A stretch of DNA of 64,000 nucleotides from Promethearchaeota archaeon (GTDB lineage Archaea; Asgardarchaeota; Hermodarchaeia; Hermodarchaeales; Hermodarchaeaceae): positions 192,001 through 256,000 of the forward strand of contig JBHLMG010000001.1 in NCBI GenBank assembly GCA_048938385.1, given 5' to 3'. This document shows, in pieces, positions 58,345-64,000 of this stretch. A program made the translations under genes and the position numbers. Positions within the stretch are counted from its first letter, which is position 1. The number at the start of each line of letters is the position of its first letter. Below the pieces are notes generated by a model. The model searched no databases. It worked only from the letters and a program-made list of their open reading frames with translations, and was not told where the DNA came from.

Positions 58345-60084
58345 ATGAAAGAAATGCTCTGGCATAAACACAAATGGCCTAAAGAAGTCAAGAAATCCCT
58401 CAAATACCATGAAGAACCTCTCTACGCAATCCTTGACAAAGCAGCGAAAGAAAGCGGTGACCGACCATACACAGCCTATTCAGGAATCTCCCAAACCTTC
58501 TCTGAAGTTCTCGAAAGCACTCACCGTATCGCGAATTTCCTCCACAGCAAAGGCATCAAGAAAGGAGACCGCGTCGCCATCTTCTTACCCAATTTCCCAC
58601 AATATCCACCAGTATTCTTCGGCATCCTCAAAGCAGGAGCAACGGCTGTAACCTGTAATCCTCAATACAAGGCCCCCGAACTTCATCACCAACTCAAAGA
58701 CTCCGGCGCTAAAGTGGTGTTCGTCGCTGACCACCCCCACCATGTTCCAATTACCTATGATGCAATAACAGACACCGATTGTAAACATGTAATCGTCTGC
58801 AGCATCAAGCCCTTCCTCCCCAAAGCTAAAGCTGCACTTGGAAGCCTTTTCGGAAAAATTCCCAAGAGCAAATTCTACAAAGACGAGATTACCACCTTCT
58901 ACCAAGACATCATGGACAACTACGAACCCAAACCTCCCAAAGTTACAATTAACCCCAAAGACGACCTCGCCCTCATCCTCTACACTGGGGGAACCACAGG
59001 TGTTCCTAAAGGTGCCATGCTCACCCACTACAATCTCTACGCCAATGTGATGCAATACGACGAATGGGTCAAACTCGAACCCAAGGGGGGAGGCGAAGCT
59101 AAACCCCTTGATTGTGGTAAAGAAGTCTACATCGGTGCCCTCCCCTGGTACCACAGCTACGGTCTCACCCTCACCATGATTGCCGCGGTACTTCACCAAA
59201 GCATGTGCGTCTGTGTCCCAGATCCTCGTGCTGGTAAACCTCCGCTTTCCGATCTCCTGAAAGATGTCCAAAATTACAAAGGCACGCTCCTCCATGCAGT
59301 TCCCACCCTCTACGCCGGTATGGCTTACCATCCTAACATTAGTAAATACGACCTCAGCAGCCTCAAAGCTTGTGGTTCAGGTGCTGCCCCTCTCCCCCCT
59401 GCAACCGCAAAAGCGTTCGAAGCCGCATCCGGTGCCATACTCTTCGAAGGCTACGGGCTCACTGAAACATCCCCCCTCGCTAGCGCTGACCCGTCACGAC
59501 TCAGCACGCGTAAATTCGGGTCCGTTGGTTTCCCCATGCCTGACACCAACATCAAAATCCTTGACCTTGAAACTGGCACCAAGGAAAAGAAAACCGGAGA
59601 AGACGGCGAAGTCGCCATTTCCGGACCTCAAGTCATGAAAGGCTACTGGGAAAAACCCGAAGCTACCAAAGAAGTCATACGAACCGTTGGTGGAGAACGC
59701 TTCTTCCTCACTGGTGATATCGGACACTTTGATGAGGAAGGCTACCTCCACATCACCGACCGCAAGAAAGACATGATCAATGTCTCAGGATTCAAAGCCT
59801 ATCCAGCTGAAATCGAAGAGGTTTTGACCGAACATCCGGCAATTCAGATGGCAGCAGTTATTGGCATTCCGCGCAAGGATGATCCCGCGAACGAGACAGT
59901 AAAGGCTTACATCGTTCTTGCCCCAGATGCGTCTGTAACTGAAGATGAACTAAAGGCGTGGGCGAAGGAACGAATGGCTGGTTACAAACGTCCCAAGATT
60001 ATCGAGTTTCGGGATTCGTTACCGACTTCTGCCGTTGGCAAAGTTCTTCGTCGTGTGTTACGAGATGAAGAAATGGCTAAATAA
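58345..60084 (+). CDS. Long-chain fatty acid-CoA ligase
   Basis: YTGGTTGVPKG, EGYGLTE, TGDIG, DRKKDMI, LPTSAVGKVLRR. Confidence 0.93.
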   Translation: MKEMLWHKHKWPKEVKKSLKYHEEPLYAILDKAAKESGDRPYTAYSGISQTFSEVLESTHRIANFLHSKGIKKGDRVAIFLPNFPQYPPVFFGILKAGATAVTCNPQYKAPELHHQLKDSGAKVVFVADHPHHVPITYDAITDTDCKHVIVCSIKPFLPKAKAALGSLFGKIPKSKFYKDEITTFYQDIMDNYEPKPPKVTINPKDDLALILYTGGTTGVPKGAMLTHYNLYANVMQYDEWVKLEPKGGGEAKPLDCGKEVYIGALPWYHSYGLTLTMIAAVLHQSMCVCVPDPRAGKPPLSDLLKDVQNYKGTLLHAVPTLYAGMAYHPNISKYDLSSLKACGSGAAPLPPATAKAFEAASGAILFEGYGLTETSPLASADPSRLSTRKFGSVGFPMPDTNIKILDLETGTKEKKTGEDGEVAISGPQVMKGYWEKPEATKEVIRTVGGERFFLTGDIGHFDEEGYLHITDRKKDMINVSGFKAYPAEIEEVLTEHPAIQMAAVIGIPRKDDPANETVKAYIVLAPDASVTEDELKAWAKERMAGYKRPKIIEFRDSLPTSAVGKVLRRVLRDEEMAK

Positions 60085-60093
60085 AACCTATGA

Positions 60094-60137
60094 GAAACTC
60101 TCCCGCCACTGGGAGGGTTTCCTTTCCTCTTTTTTTT
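60094..60137 (+). terminator. Hairpin plus T tract after the acyl-CoA ligase gene
   Basis: GAAACTCTCCC-GCCACT-GGGAGGGTTTC followed by T8. Confidence 0.65.
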
Positions 60138-60175
60138 CAATGTGATTTTTCTTATAGAGTAGAAGAAAATACTAG

Positions 60176-60982
60176 ATGGTGATGGTTGTGAATCACTTGG
60201 GTTCCTATTCGACGCTAACATCAGAAGAGATGTCACTGTTAGCGGAGCTGCTTGGTGATTCTCCTGAAACGATTCTGGCAGTGCATGCCCTTCGCCGGCA
60301 CGATTGTCAGGCCTTGGTTATCGGTGAGTTTTCTGCGATACAGGCCGCGGTAATCCAACGAACAGAGTTTCCGAGCGAGCCACAAGCCTTTGGTACTGAT
60401 GTCCGTGCAATATGGAAGTTACTACAAGCGATTCAGGGTTGGGATTGTGTGAATGTCGCTTGGGATGTTGCAGAATCGCTTGGAGTGCTTATCCATGAAA
60501 AACTGCGAATACCTGTCAGGTATTACGGGGATTTTTACTATACGCTGCCAAAACCTGTGGCTCAGTTTCGCCATGAACATGTTCGGCGTTTAGGGCTTGA
60601 GGATCTTGATTTGTTGGAGTCTGCGCCGAAAGAGTTTCGGGGGCACGGATATGGGTCTCCTCGTGGATTGTTAGAAGCAGGGCTGGTTGCGTGTGGCATT
60701 GTGTCAGGTAGGGTTGTTTCGATTGCACATACGGCTGGGCAGACAAAGAAATTTGCAGATATTGGGGTTATTACTCACAAAGATTGGCAGAATAAGGGCT
60801 TGGCAACCGCCGCAGCATCGATTGTTGCAAAGGTTCTACAAGAAAAAGGAATTATACCCGTATGGAGTGCAGGTGATGACAACCCGCCTTCTGTTCGTAT
60901 TGCCCAAAAGCTTGGATTTTCAAAGGTGTCTCAGCGGCAATATGTAATCTTAGAAAAGAAGGAAGGATACACTTCAGGGTAA
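60176..60982 (+). CDS. GNAT family N-acetyltransferase
   Basis: C-terminal motif A (IGVITHKDWQNKGLA) and NPPSVRIAQKLGF. The start is uncertain. Confidence 0.85.
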   Translation: MVMVVNHLGSYSTLTSEEMSLLAELLGDSPETILAVHALRRHDCQALVIGEFSAIQAAVIQRTEFPSEPQAFGTDVRAIWKLLQAIQGWDCVNVAWDVAESLGVLIHEKLRIPVRYYGDFYYTLPKPVAQFRHEHVRRLGLEDLDLLESAPKEFRGHGYGSPRGLLEAGLVACGIVSGRVVSIAHTAGQTKKFADIGVITHKDWQNKGLATAAASIVAKVLQEKGIIPVWSAGDDNPPSVRIAQKLGFSKVSQRQYVILEKKEGYTSG

Positions 60983-61147
60983 TATTTTGAATTTAGGGTT
61001 CTGTTTTAGGCTACAGGTTTCGTTTTGAACGATAGCAGTAATAGTAACTTGAAAGGGTGTACTCAGCTCCTGTGACCTTCACTATCAGATTGAAATAAAG
61101 GTCTTTGTTTCGAACATCAAGATCGAGCTTCTCGATAGCAGGTGCGT

Positions 61148-62227
61148 TTAGAAAGGTTTCTTTGCGCGCTGTTGTTGGCGTTCTTCACCAATCTTTTGAT
61201 AAAGTTCTAACGCGTTCTTAGGTGGAATGTGTTTTTCTTCTTTTTCTTGCAACGAAAGTGCGTCTGATGGACAAGTGGTCACGCATAAGCCACAACCAAT
61301 ACAGTAATCGAGATCAATGCTAGCAACATCCCTGTCTATTGTAATGGCATTCATTTGACATCGTTCAATACAGGTTTCACATCCAGTACACAACTCAGGA
61401 TCTACTTGCGCATAATAGTTACTAGCTACCAAGGTACTAGGTTTCGGGAGTTTTTTCAGGTTCGTTAAGATAGCACAACAACAACCGCAACAAAGGCATA
61501 TCACGAAGCTCTTTTGATCGTTGCTCGGACTGCAAACAAGACCTGCTTTCTCTGCTTCGTCAAGGATTTTCAGTGCTTCTTCTTGTGAAATCTCTCGACC
61601 TATTCCATTTTCGATGTATGCATAAGCGCCTGTCGAAAAAATAAGGCAGACCTCCCGAGGATTATCACAGCCCTCCCCGAGGAGTTCCTTTTCCTTCTTG
61701 CAAATGCATTCTGCCACAGCAATTTTACTCTGGCGCTTAACGATATCTCTAACATCATCATATGCAGCAACATCAATCGAATGATCGACACTTTCTGCCA
61801 CTGGTACTACGCGAAGTTGGGGAGTACGCATGGAAATGAGTTCGTCTCGAAGAGCTTCATCGATGTATTGTTCGAAATCCTCAGCAAACTCCTTTGTGAG
61901 AGTTCCCACTTGTCGTTCGTAGATGCCTACCACAAACCATTCGGCTCGGTATTGGGTTATACCTCCTTTCCTCGAACGAAAAATCAATCCCTTCTCAGCC
62001 ATGGTCTCAAGTAAGGGCTCGATCTCCTTTGCGGTGCGTTGAGTTTTCTGAGCAATCTGTTCAGCGGTTTCTGGAATGGGTGTTAGGCTAAGAGCCATTT
62101 GCGCTTCTTCCTCAGTGAAAAGATGGCGAAGAATGCGCATTTCTACTCCGGACTTTGTTTTGGGAAACCCGACGGGGAGGTTATCGAGGTGTGTTCGAAG
62201 GCGTTCATATACATCTTCAGTAGTCAT
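61148..62227 (-). CDS. Fe-S protein (N-terminal wHTH-like region, Cys-rich core, C-terminal 2x[4Fe-4S])
   Basis: ECICK, ICLCCGCCC, CTGCETCIERC, CIGCGLCVTTC. Confidence 0.85.
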   Translation of the reverse strand: MTTEDVYERLRTHLDNLPVGFPKTKSGVEMRILRHLFTEEEAQMALSLTPIPETAEQIAQKTQRTAKEIEPLLETMAEKGLIFRSRKGGITQYRAEWFVVGIYERQVGTLTKEFAEDFEQYIDEALRDELISMRTPQLRVVPVAESVDHSIDVAAYDDVRDIVKRQSKIAVAECICKKEKELLGEGCDNPREVCLIFSTGAYAYIENGIGREISQEEALKILDEAEKAGLVCSPSNDQKSFVICLCCGCCCAILTNLKKLPKPSTLVASNYYAQVDPELCTGCETCIERCQMNAITIDRDVASIDLDYCIGCGLCVTTCPSDALSLQEKEEKHIPPKNALELYQKIGEERQQQRAKKPF

Positions 62228-62310
62228 TTAGGTCCACCACAAATGGGGCTCCTATACTTCTGATACCTGAATGTCTTATGTAATAATGATATCTAATGTT
62301 CCTTGCCTAA

Positions 62311-64000
62311 TTAACGAGGAACTGGGATCGTTTCTTTGAAAAAGAAGCTGTTCTTTTTTACATAGCTCAGATATTGCTGGATTTCTTCATGGATTGTACT
62401 TGGGGACCATCCAAGAATTCCGCCCATCCGTTTTGCGACAGTGGCGGCAATTCGTCCTTGGTATTCAGGGCGAACCAGCCAGCAAATTTCCATACGACGA
62501 CAAAGTACATCTTCGAGGTGAAGGGGAGCCTCATGCTCAACGACGTAATCAATTTCAGCAATAATCCATGGAGCCACTTCTACAGGATATGCTGGATCAT
62601 CTAACAATCTAGCAGCCATTTCTGGGTGCTTGTTGGTACCCTGGAGGATTGTAAGGCCGCCACGGCCATATTGTTGATAGAGGTGAAGAAGAATGTGTGG
62701 ATCAAGATCAGAACTAGTCACTTCGGGGTGTTTTTGCCAGTCATCCCAGGTTATTGTGATGGCATAGGTGATCTTTGTGAGGTTTTTTTTACCTGAGAAT
62801 TTTGGTAGATTGAGTTCCTTCTGTGATTTTCGGATGTAGTTAACGAGTAAATCTTCTGCCATTTTTCGGAATATGGTTAACTTCCCTCCTAATAGGCTAA
62901 AGAGGCCATCTTCGCGTTCTAAAATAGTGTGTTTGCGTGAGACTTCACTTTCTGAGATACCCACCTCTGCCACTAAGGGTCGAAGGCCCGCGTATGTGCC
63001 TTGAATGTATTCATCACTGATTCTAGCCTCAGGGAAGAGAACCTGGATAGAGTTACGTAGGTAATCTGCATCCTCACCGGTGCAATAGCATTCAGCAGGG
63101 TTTCCTGAGAAATCCGTATCAGTGGTTCCCACAAGGACCCATTCGTTTCGACGGATTAAAAAGAAAAAGCGTTTATCATCGATTGAGTTCAGGGCAAAGG
63201 TGTCGTTGATAGGAAAATCCTTTCGATGGTATACAAGGTGTACTCCCTTTGTAGGGCGGAGTAATTTTTGGTGGGATTCATCATCTAAGGCAAGGAGTTC
63301 GTCAGCCCATACACCAGTTGTATTTACAATGACTTTTCCTTTGATTGTAATCTCTTCTTGTTGTAGTCTGCTCTGATCGATTGCTTGAACTCCTTCAATT
63401 CTTCCGCTTTCGTCATGGTGTAATCTAATGACACGTAAATAGTTCATTGCAGCAGCGTTCCCTTTCCAGATGGCTTCTTTCAGCGTTTCAATGACGAGTC
63501 GTGCATCATCGATGTTTGAGTCATACCACATTGCCGCACCGGTTAGCCGAGAAGTATCTAGTAACGGTTCAAGCTCATGGATTGCCTGAACATTTTTTGT
63601 AGTCTTTCCTCGCTTATAGCCGCCAAAACCACAGAGCAAATCATACATAAAGAAAGCCAATCGTAGTGTACGACGACTCCAACTCTTTGGTAGTTCTTGG
63701 GTTCCTCGTCTTCCAGCTTCAAGAAAGGGATAAAGGAACCGTGTTGGTCGGGTCATGTGCGACAGTCCATGATCACGTAACCAATTTCGCTCCGTAGCAG
63801 CTTCGCGTACTAAGCCGAACGCTCTTTGAGCTAGATAACGAATTCCTCCATGCGCAAGCTTTGTTGATCGACTGGAAGTACCATAAGCGAAATCGTGTTG
63901 ATCAATGACAGCGACGCTTAATCCCCTGTATGCGGCCTCGAGTGCAACACCTGCGCCATTAATCCCTGCGCCAATCACAACGACATCCCAGAGTCTATCT
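62311..64000 (-). CDS. glpD: FAD-dependent glycerol-3-phosphate dehydrogenase/oxidase (5' end beyond the window)
   Basis: DVVVIGAGING, GTSSRSTKLAHGGIRYL, DDARL, KGVHL, VGTTD, GLRPL, GGKLT; frame open to the window edge. Confidence 0.92.
   Translation of the reverse strand, partial: DRLWDVVVIGAGINGAGVALEAAYRGLSVAVIDQHDFAYGTSSRSTKLAHGGIRYLAQRAFGLVREAATERNWLRDHGLSHMTRPTRFLYPFLEAGRRGTQELPKSWSRRTLRLAFFMYDLLCGFGGYKRGKTTKNVQAIHELEPLLDTSRLTGAAMWYDSNIDDARLVIETLKEAIWKGNAAAMNYLRVIRLHHDESGRIEGVQAIDQSRLQQEEITIKGKVIVNTTGVWADELLALDDESHQKLLRPTKGVHLVYHRKDFPINDTFALNSIDDKRFFFLIRRNEWVLVGTTDTDFSGNPAECYCTGEDADYLRNSIQVLFPEARISDEYIQGTYAGLRPLVAEVGISESEVSRKHTILEREDGLFSLLGGKLTIFRKMAEDLLVNYIRKSQKELNLPKFSGKKNLTKITYAITITWDDWQKHPEVTSSDLDPHILLHLYQQYGRGGLTILQGTNKHPEMAARLLDDPAYPVEVAPWIIAEIDYVVEHEAPLHLEDVLCRRMEICWLVRPEYQGRIAATVAKRMGGILGWSPSTIHEEIQQYLSYVKKNSFFFKETIPVPR

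Noticed and set aside
58585-59331. 248-aa antisense ORF
   Set aside because: Shadow frame of the acyl-CoA ligase caused by codon bias; no motifs.

Overview
Archaeal chromosomal segment of TACK/Asgard type. The evidence is a single-chain rpoB, a str cluster without EF-2, a roadblock protein and an MglA-like small GTPase; the exact lineage cannot be fixed from sequence alone. 1-18 kb is core informational DNA: rpoB-rpoA1-rpoA2-rpl30e-nusA-rps12-rps7-tuf-rps10, then an oppositely oriented block (intron-containing tRNA-Ser(UGA), archease, RtcB, SPOUT methyltransferase), then rpl3-rpl4-rpl23-rpl2 behind a structured leader that appears to mimic the 23S rRNA uL4 site. 18-33 kb holds gcvPA/PB, a lone ECF S-component, thermosome, queD and a MoxR/DUF58/DUF4350/transglutaminase-like operon. 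33.5-51 kb is the most interesting part: two YgeW-like (not ornithine-type) transcarbamylases, an SsnA orthologue plus a second amidohydrolase, an FMN/Fe-S PreA/YgfK-like reductase lacking the catalytic Cys, two tungsten AOR-family enzymes each with a polyferredoxin subunit, two MoaD/SAMP proteins, and a ThrC-like PLP enzyme lacking phosphate ligands. Together these suggest (inference) an undescribed archaeal, tungsten-based variant of reductive anaerobic purine/urate (ureide) catabolism. 51-64 kb holds a HAD-phosphatase/polyprenol-kinase fusion, a Zn-ribbon coiled-coil protein, tmk, a candidate box C/D sRNA, roadblock, MetAP2, TFB with a structured leader, flavodoxin, acyl-CoA ligase, GNAT, an Fe-S protein and a truncated glycerol-3-phosphate dehydrogenase. 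No CRISPR, rRNA or mobile element was seen. Starts were refined by eye from SD motifs and known N-termini, and family calls come from motif recognition, not database searches.
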